Assembly: GCA_963804385.1 (NCBI GenBank)
Contig: CAWDQD010000009.1
Location: 8,890-72,889 of the forward strand
Length of the DNA stretch: 64,000 nt
Reading direction: 5' to 3'
Source of the DNA: an uncultured Candidatus Micrarchaeota archaeon
GTDB lineage: Archaea; Micrarchaeota; Micrarchaeia; Anstonellales; Bilamarchaeaceae
Made by a program: the position numbers and the translations under genes. The notes under the pieces are model-generated. The model was not told the DNA's origin and ran no database searches. It saw nothing but the letters and a program-made list of their open reading frames with translations. Below, piece after piece: positions 28,691 through 38,556 of the stretch (position 1 is its first letter; each line of letters begins with the position of its first letter).

Positions 28691-29386
28691 ATGGCAAAAG
28701 GCAGGGTATCTGAACCGAGAAACATCCTCCTGGACATAGACGACACTCTTTTTCCGTCCACGGAGTTCTCCTCCCTTGCGCGACGGAACGCATTGAACGC
28801 CATGATAAGCATGGGATTGGACTCGGATTTCGAGACCATGCACTCAAAGCTCGAAGCCATCATCTCGAGGCATGGCTCGAATTACCAGAACCATTTCGAC
28901 GATCTGTGCAAGGAACTGGGGGTCAGACGTCCTGGCCGTTATATCGCCGCGGCGGTCGCCGCCTACCATGATACGAAAACCGCCATCCAGCCGTTCCCTA
29001 AGGCCCCGCTAACCCTGATGAGGCTCAAACAGGACGGCCACAAGCTCTATGTCGCGACGAACGGGAATTCCATAAAGCAGTGGGACAAGCTCATCAGGCT
29101 CAGGCTAGCGCTCTTTTTCGATGATGTATTCGTGTCCGAAGAGCTCGGCGTGCAGAAGGGGAAGGTATTCTACGGCAAAATCCTCAAGGCCCTGGGCTCA
29201 AAACCGCACGAATGCGTCATGGTCGGGGACCGGGAAGACCTCGACATCGTCCCTGCTAAAGAGGTAGGCATGAAGACCGTCCGTTTCATCTCAGGAAGGT
29301 ACGCTAAAGGAGCGACCATCGCGGATCGCACCATCAAAGACATCGGCGACCTGGCGATGGCGATAAGGAGATTGCCAGGTCCATAA
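28691..29386 (+). CDS. HAD-superfamily hydrolase
   Basis: DIDDTL motif I, ATNG, MVGDREDLDI. Confidence 0.92.
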   Translation: MAKGRVSEPRNILLDIDDTLFPSTEFSSLARRNALNAMISMGLDSDFETMHSKLEAIISRHGSNYQNHFDDLCKELGVRRPGRYIAAAVAAYHDTKTAIQPFPKAPLTLMRLKQDGHKLYVATNGNSIKQWDKLIRLRLALFFDDVFVSEELGVQKGKVFYGKILKALGSKPHECVMVGDREDLDIVPAKEVGMKTVRFISGRYAKGATIADRTIKDIGDLAMAIRRLPGP

Positions 29387-29421
29387 AACCCTTATAAAAC
29401 CATCAACGCAATACCTTTTCC

Positions 29422-30291
29422 ATGTATACCCGGCTGATGTTGATCGGTTTGATAGCGTTCACGCTCCTCCTGGCAGGCTGCTCGAGCAACCGCACTACTG
29501 TAACGTGCAAGGAGAACAAGGATTGCCAATCCTGGCAGTTCTGCAACACGAGCGCATCGTCGCCTGTCTGCACCACACTCGCCGGATACTGCAACTCGAA
29601 CGACGTATGCACCCAGAAGGACCCGCTCATGACATGCGACCTGCAAACGACCCACCTCTGCGTCTATTCGGGGGGCAAATGCAGGACCAACGCCAACTGC
29701 GATAACTGGCAGGTGTGCGATTTGAACCAGACGTGCAGGGCGGCCCCTGGCTACTGCGATTCAGATTCCCAGTGCAACCCTGTCTTCGAGTACTGCAACC
29801 CATCATCGCACCAATGCGGCCCAGCGCCTGGGTACTGCGCTTCGGACACCGATTGCGATTCCTGGAAAAAATGCGACGTCCCAAGCAAGCACTGCATCCT
29901 GATACCTGGCATGTGCGATCTCGATACGGACTGCCAGTCCTGGCAGACCTGCGACGCTAAAACCCATGCATGCGGGCCCAAGCCGGGCTATTGCATCGGG
30001 GATGACGATTGCACGGCATGGGAAAAATGCGATGTCAGCACGGACAAATGCGTCGCGAGGCAGGGCTACTGCATGGCGCAGAACGAATGCACCGATTGGC
30101 AGGACTGCAGCGGCGATACGCACCAGTGCGTCGCCCGCAGAGACCGCTGCGGCACAACCTCGGACTGCGGTTCGTGGGAGTATTGCGACGTCCCCAACCA
30201 CAACTGCAAAGCGCAGATCGGTTTCTGCGATGCGAACACGGATTGCGTCTCCGGCGAGGTCTGCAACCAGCAGACCCATGTCTGCCAATGA
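29422..30291 (+). CDS. Cys-rich tandem-repeat lipoprotein (10 repeats of about 26 aa, 4 Cys each)
   Basis: Signal peptide with LLLAGC lipobox; repeat consensus C-x-x-D-x-D-C-x-x-W-x-x-C-D-x(3-4)-H-x-C-x(4)-G-Y. Confidence 0.88.
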   Translation: MYTRLMLIGLIAFTLLLAGCSSNRTTVTCKENKDCQSWQFCNTSASSPVCTTLAGYCNSNDVCTQKDPLMTCDLQTTHLCVYSGGKCRTNANCDNWQVCDLNQTCRAAPGYCDSDSQCNPVFEYCNPSSHQCGPAPGYCASDTDCDSWKKCDVPSKHCILIPGMCDLDTDCQSWQTCDAKTHACGPKPGYCIGDDDCTAWEKCDVSTDKCVARQGYCMAQNECTDWQDCSGDTHQCVARRDRCGTTSDCGSWEYCDVPNHNCKAQIGFCDANTDCVSGEVCNQQTHVCQ

Positions 30292-30325
30292 CCAATTTTT
30301 ATCCTTTCACTTATTATCTAATCCC

Positions 30326-31162
30326 ATGAGCGTTCGTTTCGGTCCTGCGGGCATCCCCATCCAATGCGAAGGGAACACCACGCTCGATGGCATCCGCTGC
30401 TGCAAGGAGCTGGGTCTCGATGCCATGGAGATGGAGTTCGTCCAGGGAGTGCGCATGCGCGAGGACTCCGCCAGGGAGGCCGCGAAGGCAGCTCAAGAAT
30501 ACGACGTTTCGCTGTCATCCCACGCCCCTTATTTCGTCAACCTATGCAGCGGCGACCCGATCAAGGTGGCCAACTCCAAGAAGCACATCCTCTCATCGGC
30601 CCGCATAACCGCCCTGGCAGGAGGCAATATAACCGTCTTCCATCCGGGGTTCTACCAGAAGCTTACGCACGAGGAAGCGTATCTGGTAGCGAAGAAGAAC
30701 CTGTCCGAGATAATATCCGAACTCAAAGCGCAGAACATCAGAATCCGTCTAGGCGCCGAGACCGTAGGGAAGAAAAGCGCGTTCGGCGGCCTGGACGAGA
30801 ACATACGGCTCGCGCAGGAGCTCGAGATGGTGGTGCCTGTCGTGGATATAGCGCATATCCACGCGAGGGGGGACCTCCGCTTGGCGGGCGAATCGGATTA
30901 CAAGGCGCTGTTCGACAAGCTCGAGAAATCGCTCGGCGATTATGTGCACAGCTTCCACTTCCATTTCTCGGAGATACACTATTCGGACAAGGGCGAGCTC
31001 AACCACCTCCCCATCGGGAGCAACAACGAGCCGCCGTTCAAGCCCCTCATGAAGGTGCTCGCCGAGAACGGCTATTCCGGGACGATAATATGCGAGACCC
31101 CGAAGCTCGACTCGGACGCGCTGCTCATGAAGAAAGAGTTCATCGCGAAGGCAGGCAAATAG
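30326..31162 (+). CDS. nfo: Endonuclease IV family (AP endonuclease 2 TIM barrel)
   Basis: Starts MSVRFGPAG; SHAPYFVNL, VFHPG, ETVGK, DIAHIHAR, HFHFS, IICETP. Confidence 0.9.
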   Translation: MSVRFGPAGIPIQCEGNTTLDGIRCCKELGLDAMEMEFVQGVRMREDSAREAAKAAQEYDVSLSSHAPYFVNLCSGDPIKVANSKKHILSSARITALAGGNITVFHPGFYQKLTHEEAYLVAKKNLSEIISELKAQNIRIRLGAETVGKKSAFGGLDENIRLAQELEMVVPVVDIAHIHARGDLRLAGESDYKALFDKLEKSLGDYVHSFHFHFSEIHYSDKGELNHLPIGSNNEPPFKPLMKVLAENGYSGTIICETPKLDSDALLMKKEFIAKAGK

Positions 31163-31171
31163 AGGCGACGC

Positions 31172-32068
31172 ATGCTGCTCATAGATTTCCTCGACGGAGC
31201 TTCTTCCTATCTGCACACGAAGCAGGATGAACTGAAGAAACTCGAGACGCAGTACCGCAAGATATACGATCCGGACCTCGTGCGCGAGATGAAGGTGATC
31301 CGCCGCGAAATCGCGAAGAAGCACAACGAGATCAGGGCGCAACTGCTCCTTAACCTAGAAGAGTTCCGCGCATTGAACCGATATTTCCCGGAGCTGCTAT
31401 CCGCTTTCATGGAGGATGAATACGTCGGGAAGGTCCTTCGGGACAAAGCATGGCTTCTGGATTACAAGATGGTCCCACCGGAGGTAGCAGCGGCCAAGCT
31501 CCAGGAGCTGCGCGGCTGGCGCATGCAGCTGCGGTCAGCCAAGGAAGCCCTCCGCGGGTGGGTCGGTCCGGTGCATTCCAAGGAATTTATCTCATCATAC
31601 CCGGTCCTCAGGGCGCATCTCAAAGGCGATATGGACAGGCAGGACGTCCTGCATGCGATAGACGACCTGGATGACGCATTGCGCAGGGAGGGCTGGCTCG
31701 TGCTCATAACCGACAGCCTCATCAAGATACCCCTGGCGAAATTCATGAACAACATCATAAGCCTCCGCTACGATGAGCAGAAGGCGAGGATGGATCTCGC
31801 CAAGGCGCGGGGTAGGGGGACGATCGCGGAGACGCGGGCGCAGCGTTCCCTGGATGAGCTCCTCGCGAAGAAGGATCATTACGAGAGCGTGATAGCCCAG
31901 ATACTGCTCTCGAATCCACGATACCTGTCCAGCCTCAAGAAGCAGAAGCAATGGCTCTCCCGCGGGAAACCCGACCCCATAGTGCGTTTCGCGCAGAATG
32001 TCACGCCGCATGCCCTGAGGGAGAGGGCGTGGCTGGACGAGATGAGGAAGAGGATAAGCCAGAAATGA
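31172..32068 (+). CDS. Helical hypothetical protein
   Basis: 298-aa ORF with host-like codon usage, 9 bp after nfo. Confidence 0.8.
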   Translation: MLLIDFLDGASSYLHTKQDELKKLETQYRKIYDPDLVREMKVIRREIAKKHNEIRAQLLLNLEEFRALNRYFPELLSAFMEDEYVGKVLRDKAWLLDYKMVPPEVAAAKLQELRGWRMQLRSAKEALRGWVGPVHSKEFISSYPVLRAHLKGDMDRQDVLHAIDDLDDALRREGWLVLITDSLIKIPLAKFMNNIISLRYDEQKARMDLAKARGRGTIAETRAQRSLDELLAKKDHYESVIAQILLSNPRYLSSLKKQKQWLSRGKPDPIVRFAQNVTPHALRERAWLDEMRKRISQK

Positions 32069-32069
32069 G

Positions 32070-32576
32070 TCATCCGAGCTCTTTCATCCGCTGTTCTATC
32101 CTAGCTTTCAGCATGGGTGTGAGGCGGGGGTCGTTCTGCAGGAACAGGGAATAGAAATTCATGAGCAGCGCCTTGGTCTTCTTCGGGTCGCTCTCGTAAG
32201 CCAGCTTCAGGTGCTTCCCGCACCGCGGGTCGTCCTGGAACATGTAGCAGAGCGCCAGGAAGAAATGGGATACCGGGTCGTTCGGCTCGATGGCGAGGGA
32301 ATTCTTGAACGCTTCCTCGGCGCCTACCATATCGAACATCTCGAAGTGCGCCATGCCCTTCACTATATAGTATTTCGATCTCCGCCCTATCATCAGGGCG
32401 CGTTCGAAGCATTCCATTGCGGCGTCGTAATTCTTCATCTTCAGGCTGACCACGCCGCGCAGGTACCATAAGTCATCGCTGCCGTCGCTCTGCAGGATCA
32501 GGCGGTCAATCATGCTGGCCGCTTCCTTGTATTTCTTCTGGGCGAGCATGCTCTTAGCTTCATCGACGCTATCCAT
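32070..32576 (-). CDS. TPR-repeat protein
   Basis: LWYLRGVVSLKMKNYDAAMECFERAL and AFKNSLAIEPND TPR patterns; probable ATG 32576. Confidence 0.88.
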   Translation of the reverse strand: MDSVDEAKSMLAQKKYKEAASMIDRLILQSDGSDDLWYLRGVVSLKMKNYDAAMECFERALMIGRRSKYYIVKGMAHFEMFDMVGAEEAFKNSLAIEPNDPVSHFFLALCYMFQDDPRCGKHLKLAYESDPKKTKALLMNFYSLFLQNDPRLTPMLKARIEQRMKELG

Positions 32577-32652
32577 GGTTTTTTCTCTCAAGGAAACCTT
32601 TTAAAGTGTTATATGCAGAGTATTATCGTGAATAGCGTAAAAAAGTGGTAAT

Positions 32653-32937
32653 ATGTCAGCAACGTTCGCAGAAAAAAAGGACGCCGAGATCTCGCCGGTA
32701 GAGAAAGCCCCGGAGCTAGCCTCCCAGGTCATAAAGCGCGGGTCAGCGGAATTGCACACTCCTATAGACGCGCTCGGAACATGTTCCATGAACATGCGCA
32801 TACCTTCAGAAGGGACTTATCATAGCGTGATGACCGCGGATTTCAAGATGCGCGTCGCAGCCAACGTCCAGCAGTTCATGCTCGAAGGCACGACTCCGCT
32901 TCCGGAGCGCTTCGTGAAGATGCTCCAGTCCGTCTAA
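32653..32937 (+). CDS. Small hypothetical protein
   Basis: 94-aa ORF with upstream TATA box and GTGGT RBS-like sequence. Confidence 0.65.
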   Translation: MSATFAEKKDAEISPVEKAPELASQVIKRGSAELHTPIDALGTCSMNMRIPSEGTYHSVMTADFKMRVAANVQQFMLEGTTPLPERFVKMLQSV

Positions 32938-32944
32938 TCCCCAG

Positions 32945-33502
32945 GTGGGCCGTTTGGAACTTGTCGCAGACGCATCAACCTATTCAATAAACCGCGGAGC
33001 CATCGGCTTGGCCATACTCGCATCCTCGATCATCGTGCTCTTCGTCATCCCTGTCTCGATGGCGGTGCAGCCGCCCCAGTACCTTGCCGCATTCAAGCCG
33101 GCCCTGGAGGCGGAGGCTGCCGGTTCGGTGGCTCTGCTCTTCATGATAGCGCTTTTCCTGCTGGGCAGGGGGATGCTGCTCAAGATGCCGTTGCGGGTCT
33201 ATAACGAAGGCCTGCTGATCCAGCCGATGCTCTCCACGACGCCATCTATCGTATCATACGCGGATATAGCCAGTATCGAGCTCTGGCATGGGACAGATAA
33301 GAAAAGCGGCTGCAGGGTCCTCTCCAGGGATGGCAAGCGCATCACTAGCGTGGAGACGTTCCGCGACAAGACATGCGCGAAGGAATTCGCCGGGCTCATC
33401 ATCCCCCCGATCGAGGCCGCAGGCTTCACTGTCCGGAGCGAAGAGGACGCCAGCTCGTTTTCGGTCATTTTCAGGCGCGGATCTCCGGCGGCATCCCAAT
33501 AA
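32945..33502 (+). CDS. Hypothetical membrane protein (2 TM plus soluble beta-rich domain)
   Basis: Two hydrophobic helices followed by LRVYNEGLLI...VSYADIASIEL. Confidence 0.7.
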   Translation: MGRLELVADASTYSINRGAIGLAILASSIIVLFVIPVSMAVQPPQYLAAFKPALEAEAAGSVALLFMIALFLLGRGMLLKMPLRVYNEGLLIQPMLSTTPSIVSYADIASIELWHGTDKKSGCRVLSRDGKRITSVETFRDKTCAKEFAGLIIPPIEAAGFTVRSEEDASSFSVIFRRGSPAASQ

Positions 33503-33555
33503 TAAAGCTTTTTGATTAATCTTTATCCAAACAAATCCAAATTGAGGTATATCGA

Positions 33556-34878
33556 GTGGGCAAGAACATCCAGACGACAAGCAAGAGGCCATTCATCTTC
33601 GTGGCATTCCTTCTCATAACCGCAGGCTTCGCCTGCTGGTCCTTCAACACCTTCGGGTATTATTGGACCGTACTGATACCGAACGTCCTCCTGCTCTACA
33701 TAACCACGGTCCTCCTGGTCGTCTATATGGATGGCTCCCACAAGTACGACAAGCCGCCTCCACGCAAGGAATTCGCCCCCGTCACGGTGATTATACCTTC
33801 ATACAACTGCAAGGACCTCATAGGCCAGACCATAGACTCGTTGAAGGCCTCCGAGTATCCGGACGGCATAGAGATACTGGTCGTCGACGATGGCAGCACG
33901 GACGGGACGCGGGACATGCTCAAGGGCATAAAGGGCATCCGGCTGGTCCTGAAGGACAAGAACGAAGGGAAGGCGGAAGCCCTCAACGAGGCGATAAAGA
34001 TCGCCTCCCACGACTACGTCTTCTGCGTGGATTCGGACTCCTATGTTTCAAAGAACGCCATCCGCGACATGATGGCCAAGATGCTCAATGACGATAGCGT
34101 CGGGGCTGTCACATGCTTCGTCAAGGTGTCAAATAACAAGTCCCTGCTCGGCAAGGTGCAGGAGATAGAGTATTTCGTGGGTTTCGGGTTCTCGGCGATA
34201 ACAAATTACATGCTGGACGCCGTGTTCGTGACCCCCGGTCCGATGACGCTCTTCAGGAAAGACGCCCTCCTCAGCGTGGGTTTCTTCGACGTGGGCAACA
34301 TCACCGAGGACCTCGAGATGGCATGGCGGCTCCGCAAGGCGGGGTACAAGATAACCTATGCCTACGAGGCTGTGGTATACACCCTGGTGCCCCAGACGCT
34401 CAGCGCGCTCCTGAGGCAGCGGATACGCTGGTACCGAGGCAAATTGAGCAACATCTCCAAGCACAGGGACATGTTCCTGAATCCGAAATACGAGTATTTC
34501 GGCATGTTCATCATGCCATTCTCGCTCGCTAGCGAACTGGCCGCGATGGGCACCATCTACTTCATAACGTACATGGTGGCATACACGCTCTTCTGGAACG
34601 TGCAGGTCATACTCGCATATATCCACACCAGCAGCCTGACGCTCGCGAACCTCATCACAGGCCTGTTCGGTTCCAGCGCGGGCATATTCATGTTCCTGAT
34701 CGTGGTCATCCCATGGATATACGCGATCTGGGTCAGCCACAAGCTCGGCAATAAGGCGTTGTCCATCATGGACATCCCGGCCTTGGGTGTCTTCCTGTTC
34801 GTATACAGCGTCTTCCTGTCCGGGGTCTACGTTTATAGCCTGTTCGAGGAGATATACGGAAGCGACTATCTTTGGTGA
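33556..34878 (+). CDS. Processive GT2 glycosyltransferase (cellulose synthase/PNAG-like)
   Basis: VIIPSYN, VVDDGSTD, DSD, TED, QRIRW (QxxRW) and several TM helices. Confidence 0.93.
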   Translation: MGKNIQTTSKRPFIFVAFLLITAGFACWSFNTFGYYWTVLIPNVLLLYITTVLLVVYMDGSHKYDKPPPRKEFAPVTVIIPSYNCKDLIGQTIDSLKASEYPDGIEILVVDDGSTDGTRDMLKGIKGIRLVLKDKNEGKAEALNEAIKIASHDYVFCVDSDSYVSKNAIRDMMAKMLNDDSVGAVTCFVKVSNNKSLLGKVQEIEYFVGFGFSAITNYMLDAVFVTPGPMTLFRKDALLSVGFFDVGNITEDLEMAWRLRKAGYKITYAYEAVVYTLVPQTLSALLRQRIRWYRGKLSNISKHRDMFLNPKYEYFGMFIMPFSLASELAAMGTIYFITYMVAYTLFWNVQVILAYIHTSSLTLANLITGLFGSSAGIFMFLIVVIPWIYAIWVSHKLGNKALSIMDIPALGVFLFVYSVFLSGVYVYSLFEEIYGSDYLW

Positions 34879-34882
34879 ACAC

Positions 34883-35533
34883 ATGAATCTCGACATATTC
34901 CTGAAGGCCGCGCTGATAACCGGCGTGCTGGTGCTGGTATCTCTCATCGTCGGCAGCTACATAGAAGGCGCTGCGTACAGCAAGCTGAACAACGACCTGC
35001 TCAAGATTAGCGAGGACAACGAAGCGGTCCTCATAATGCAGTCGTTCGAAGGGGACAACAGCACGCAGATATGCAGCATGATCGCGAGCCAGACGGATTC
35101 AATGAACGGCAAGATATACAATCTCCGTTCGGATCTAGAAGCGCAGAACAGCATGAGCATCCTCACCGATTACGATCTGATCAGGAGCGAATATTTCCTC
35201 GCCAACGCACGCCTCCTCTCGCTCACCAAGATGTATGACCGGCAGTGCGGCGGAAGCGACAACATCGCGCTCTTCTTCTACACCAGCGAGAAGGAGTGCC
35301 CCGACTGCTACGCGCAGGGCCGCATATTGGACCAGGTCCGGGCAAGCTGCAAGAACGCGCAGGTGTTCTCGTTCCCTGTGGATGTGGACATGAGCGTGAT
35401 AAAATCGTTCATGGCATACTACAACGTGTCCAAATCCCCGTCCGTGGTCATCGACACGCCTTCGAACGACATAGTCCTCTCGAACGTGACCAGTGCCGAT
35501 GATATCATGCGGCTTATGAATTGCACGAATTGA
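34883..35533 (+). CDS. Membrane-anchored thioredoxin-like protein (CPDC)
   Basis: ATG 34883 after GGTGA; N-terminal TM; LFFYTSEKECPDC and SPSVVI. Confidence 0.75.
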   Translation: MNLDIFLKAALITGVLVLVSLIVGSYIEGAAYSKLNNDLLKISEDNEAVLIMQSFEGDNSTQICSMIASQTDSMNGKIYNLRSDLEAQNSMSILTDYDLIRSEYFLANARLLSLTKMYDRQCGGSDNIALFFYTSEKECPDCYAQGRILDQVRASCKNAQVFSFPVDVDMSVIKSFMAYYNVSKSPSVVIDTPSNDIVLSNVTSADDIMRLMNCTN

Positions 35534-36499
35534 TCATTCCATCTCTATGGTTCCCGGCGGCTTGTTCGTGATGTCGTAGACAACGCGCCCTACCGAGCGG
35601 ATCTCATTCGTGATGCGCGTGGATATCTTCTCGAGCACATCGTGCGGTATCGGTGAGAAATTAGCGGTCATTCCATCGAGCGAGCGCACCGCCCGCACGA
35701 TGACTATGTACTGGTACGCCCTCTCGTCCCCGCGCACGCCGACGGTCTTCGAAGGCAGCAGGGCCGCGAAATACTGCCATGGCCTCTCCATCCTTCCAGC
35801 TGCCACTGCAGCGTCTATCTCATGCTCGGCGATGTCGCAGGCGTCCTGGACTATCTTGACCTTCTCCTCGGTTATCTCGCCCACTATGCGGACCGCCAGA
35901 CCCGGTCCGGGGAACGGCTGCCTCTGGTGGATGGTCTCCGGCAGGCCCAGCTCCTTGCCAACCATCCTGACTTCGTGCTTATAGAGCTCGCGGAGCGGCT
36001 CGCAAAGCTTCATATCCATCTTCTCTGGAAGGCCGCCCACGTTGTGATGGCTCTTTATGGTGTCGCGTCCCAAGCCCCCGCTCTCTATCCAGTCCGGAGC
36101 TATGGTGCCCTGCACGAGGTATTTCGATTTGCTCTTTTTGGCCTCCTCCTCGAATATGCGTATGAACAGCTCGCCGATTATCTTCCTTTTCCTCTCCGGG
36201 TCGCTTACTCCTTCGAGCGCGTCCAGGAATCTCTTTTTGGCTTCCACGACCTTGAGGTCCACTCCGACGCTGTTGGCGGTCTCCACGACCTTCTCGGTCT
36301 CCCCCTTGCGCATCATGCCAGTGTCCACATAGACGGCGTGCAATCGGCCCGGGGCCGCGTGGACGGCCAACGTGGCGGCTACGAACGAATCCACGCCGCC
36401 TGATACGGCGGTGATCGCACGCTCGTCCCCTATCGCGGCCTTTATCTCCTTTACGGATGTCTCGATGAATTTTTTAGGGTTGAAAGGCATATCACGCAC
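35534..36499 (-). CDS. guaA: GMP synthase subunit B (ATP pyrophosphatase)
   Basis: SGGVDS PP-loop, LVQGTIAPDWIES, IKSHHNV, RQPFPGPGLA, KPPGTIE. Confidence 0.96.
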   Translation of the reverse strand: MRDMPFNPKKFIETSVKEIKAAIGDERAITAVSGGVDSFVAATLAVHAAPGRLHAVYVDTGMMRKGETEKVVETANSVGVDLKVVEAKKRFLDALEGVSDPERKRKIIGELFIRIFEEEAKKSKSKYLVQGTIAPDWIESGGLGRDTIKSHHNVGGLPEKMDMKLCEPLRELYKHEVRMVGKELGLPETIHQRQPFPGPGLAVRIVGEITEEKVKIVQDACDIAEHEIDAAVAAGRMERPWQYFAALLPSKTVGVRGDERAYQYIVIVRAVRSLDGMTANFSPIPHDVLEKISTRITNEIRSVGRVVYDITNKPPGTIEME

Positions 36500-37265
36500 C
36501 TTTTAGGGCATCTGAGATCGTGGTCAACTGCTGGGGCATCCCGAGCATGCTGGCCGCGGCATCGATGAAGAGGAAGATGATAGCCAGCTTGAGCACTGCG
36601 ACCACCAGCGCCATGACGAATCCAGGTATGGGGCCGATGCGATGCGCGATGGAATACGACCTGCCAGCCACCATTATGGATAGATAGATGTTGGCGGCTA
36701 TGAGACAGATCCCGCCCAGCAGCTGGAGGCACGGTATCGGGAAGAAGATATAGAGGCCCGAAACGAACGCCGTGGAAAGTGCCACGACCGATGATAGGTA
36801 GAGCTGCTGCGCGAATGTCGCTTTGCCCCCCATCATGCGCAGGATCCGGAATACGCCGTATTCAAAAGCCAGGGCGAGCAGGACGCTTACCGGCAGGTAG
36901 ACTATGAACGAAAGCAGGACCGGGGCGATGAGGGCAGCCGTCCCGACGGTTGGCTGCGCAGTCCCTATGGCATCCTGGATGGCCTGCGATTCCGCGTTCG
37001 CCATATACGCTGAGCCGACGATGGCCACCACGGAAGTGAGGAATGTTATCAGGCCTCCGAGGAGGAAGACCTCTACCGCCAGGCGCTTATCTGCATCCGG
37101 TATGGCATTCTCCAGCACGCTGTCTATGTCGTGATAGTTGAAGAGCCGCTTCGCGCTATCCCAGGGCTTCATCATCCTCCTGAACGTCGCGATCAGGCCC
37201 AGTATGGCACCTCTGACCCGCTCCCGGAAACTGGGCTTGGCATCTGATTTCTTGCTGGGCATCAC
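36492..37265 (-). CDS. Yip1-like multi-pass membrane protein
   Basis: About five TM helices; RMMGGKATFAQ pattern. Confidence 0.7.
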   Translation of the reverse strand: MMPSKKSDAKPSFRERVRGAILGLIATFRRMMKPWDSAKRLFNYHDIDSVLENAIPDADKRLAVEVFLLGGLITFLTSVVAIVGSAYMANAESQAIQDAIGTAQPTVGTAALIAPVLLSFIVYLPVSVLLALAFEYGVFRILRMMGGKATFAQQLYLSSVVALSTAFVSGLYIFFPIPCLQLLGGICLIAANIYLSIMVAGRSYSIAHRIGPIPGFVMALVVAVLKLAIIFLFIDAAASMLGMPQQLTTISDALKGA

Positions 37266-37314
37266 ATACCTATGAGTGGGTCGCTTTTAAATAAATTGGC
37301 AGCCTTCACTCTCC

Positions 37315-38556
37315 ATGCGAATCGTGGCCGATCTGCATGTGCACAGCAAATACGCCCGCGCCACCAGCTCGCGCTGCGACATACCCGGCCTGTGCGAAGG
37401 CGCAAAGGTGAAAGGCATAGATGTGATCGCGAGCGGAGATTTCACGCACCCGGCGTATTTCAGCGAGATTCGCCGAGATCTTGGACCCTCCGAAGACGGG
37501 ACCGGCCTCTATCCCTATTGCGGGGTCAGATTCATCCTCTCCACCGAGATAAGCCTCATCTATTCCAGCAAACTCGGCCCGAAGAGGATGCATCATCTGG
37601 TGCTCGCGCCTTCGCTGGATGTGGCGGCGCAGATCAATGACGAGCTGGGCAAGCGCGGCAACCTCAAGAGCGACGGGAGGCCCATACTCGGGATATCTTC
37701 CCCGGAATTCGCGGATATCCTTCTCTCGATTTCCCAAGAAATATCCATCATACCCGCGCATGTCTGGACCCCCTGGTTCTCTATATTCGGCTCGAAATCC
37801 GGCGTGGACACCGTGGAGCAGGCGTTCGAGGACAAGGCGGACAGGATATTCGCATTGGAAACGGGTTTGTCGTCGGATCCTGCCATGAACTGGATGCTCA
37901 GCTCTCTGGATAAATTCTCGCTCGTGTCCAACAGCGACGCGCACAGCCCGGAGAAGCTTGGCAGGGAGGCGAATGTTCTTGATGTTCCGGAAGCCTCTTA
38001 CCGCTCGATCATGGAGGCGATAAAGACACGCAAGGGGTTCGTCAAGACATACGAATTCTACCCCGAGGAAGGGAAATACCATTACGACGGCCATCGTGAC
38101 TGCAAAGTGCTCCTCTCGCCTTGGGAATCGAAAGATAAGAAGGATATCTGCCCTGTCTGCAGGAAAAAGGTGACCGTGGGCGTGCTCCACCGCGTCGCTG
38201 ACCTTGCCGACCGCAAATTCGGATTCAAGCCCGAGAACGCGGTCCCGTTCCAGCATATAGTGCCCCTCACGACAGTGATATCTAAGGCCATCAAGAAACC
38301 CGAGACGTCTATCCGGGTAGCTGAGGAATACGGCAAGATGATAAGATCATTCGGGACCGAGTTCGCCGTATACGAATCCGACGAAGCCCGGATCCGGCAG
38401 AGCGCTCCGAAAGAGATAGCCGATGCGCTCATCAAGGTGAAATCCGGAGAGGCGAGATGGGTCCCTGGCTACGACGGGGTCTTCGGCGAGCTGGTGCTCG
38501 ATGATAGCAAACCAAAAGCGATAGACAAGAAGCAGAAGAGCCTGGACGACTATTGA
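37315..38556 (+). CDS. Endonuclease Q family (PHP domain plus Zn finger)
   Basis: ADLHVHSKYARATS, GDFTHP, PAHVWTPWFS, ETGLSSD, SNSDAHS, EGKYHYDGHRDC, PGYDGVFG. Confidence 0.93.
   Translation: MRIVADLHVHSKYARATSSRCDIPGLCEGAKVKGIDVIASGDFTHPAYFSEIRRDLGPSEDGTGLYPYCGVRFILSTEISLIYSSKLGPKRMHHLVLAPSLDVAAQINDELGKRGNLKSDGRPILGISSPEFADILLSISQEISIIPAHVWTPWFSIFGSKSGVDTVEQAFEDKADRIFALETGLSSDPAMNWMLSSLDKFSLVSNSDAHSPEKLGREANVLDVPEASYRSIMEAIKTRKGFVKTYEFYPEEGKYHYDGHRDCKVLLSPWESKDKKDICPVCRKKVTVGVLHRVADLADRKFGFKPENAVPFQHIVPLTTVISKAIKKPETSIRVAEEYGKMIRSFGTEFAVYESDEARIRQSAPKEIADALIKVKSGEARWVPGYDGVFGELVLDDSKPKAIDKKQKSLDDY

Noticed and set aside
29500..30290. About 78-nt periodicity as a possible CRISPR array
   Set aside because: The repeats are degenerate and protein-coding; no identical repeats with unique spacers and no cas genes.
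29966..30325. Apparent 120-aa N-terminal extension of endonuclease IV
   Set aside because: It is an alternate frame of the Cys-rich lipoprotein gene; the real start is MSVRFGPAG at 30326.
35534..36499. GMP synthase lacking its glutaminase domain as a pseudogene
   Set aside because: Split GuaA subunits are normal in archaea.
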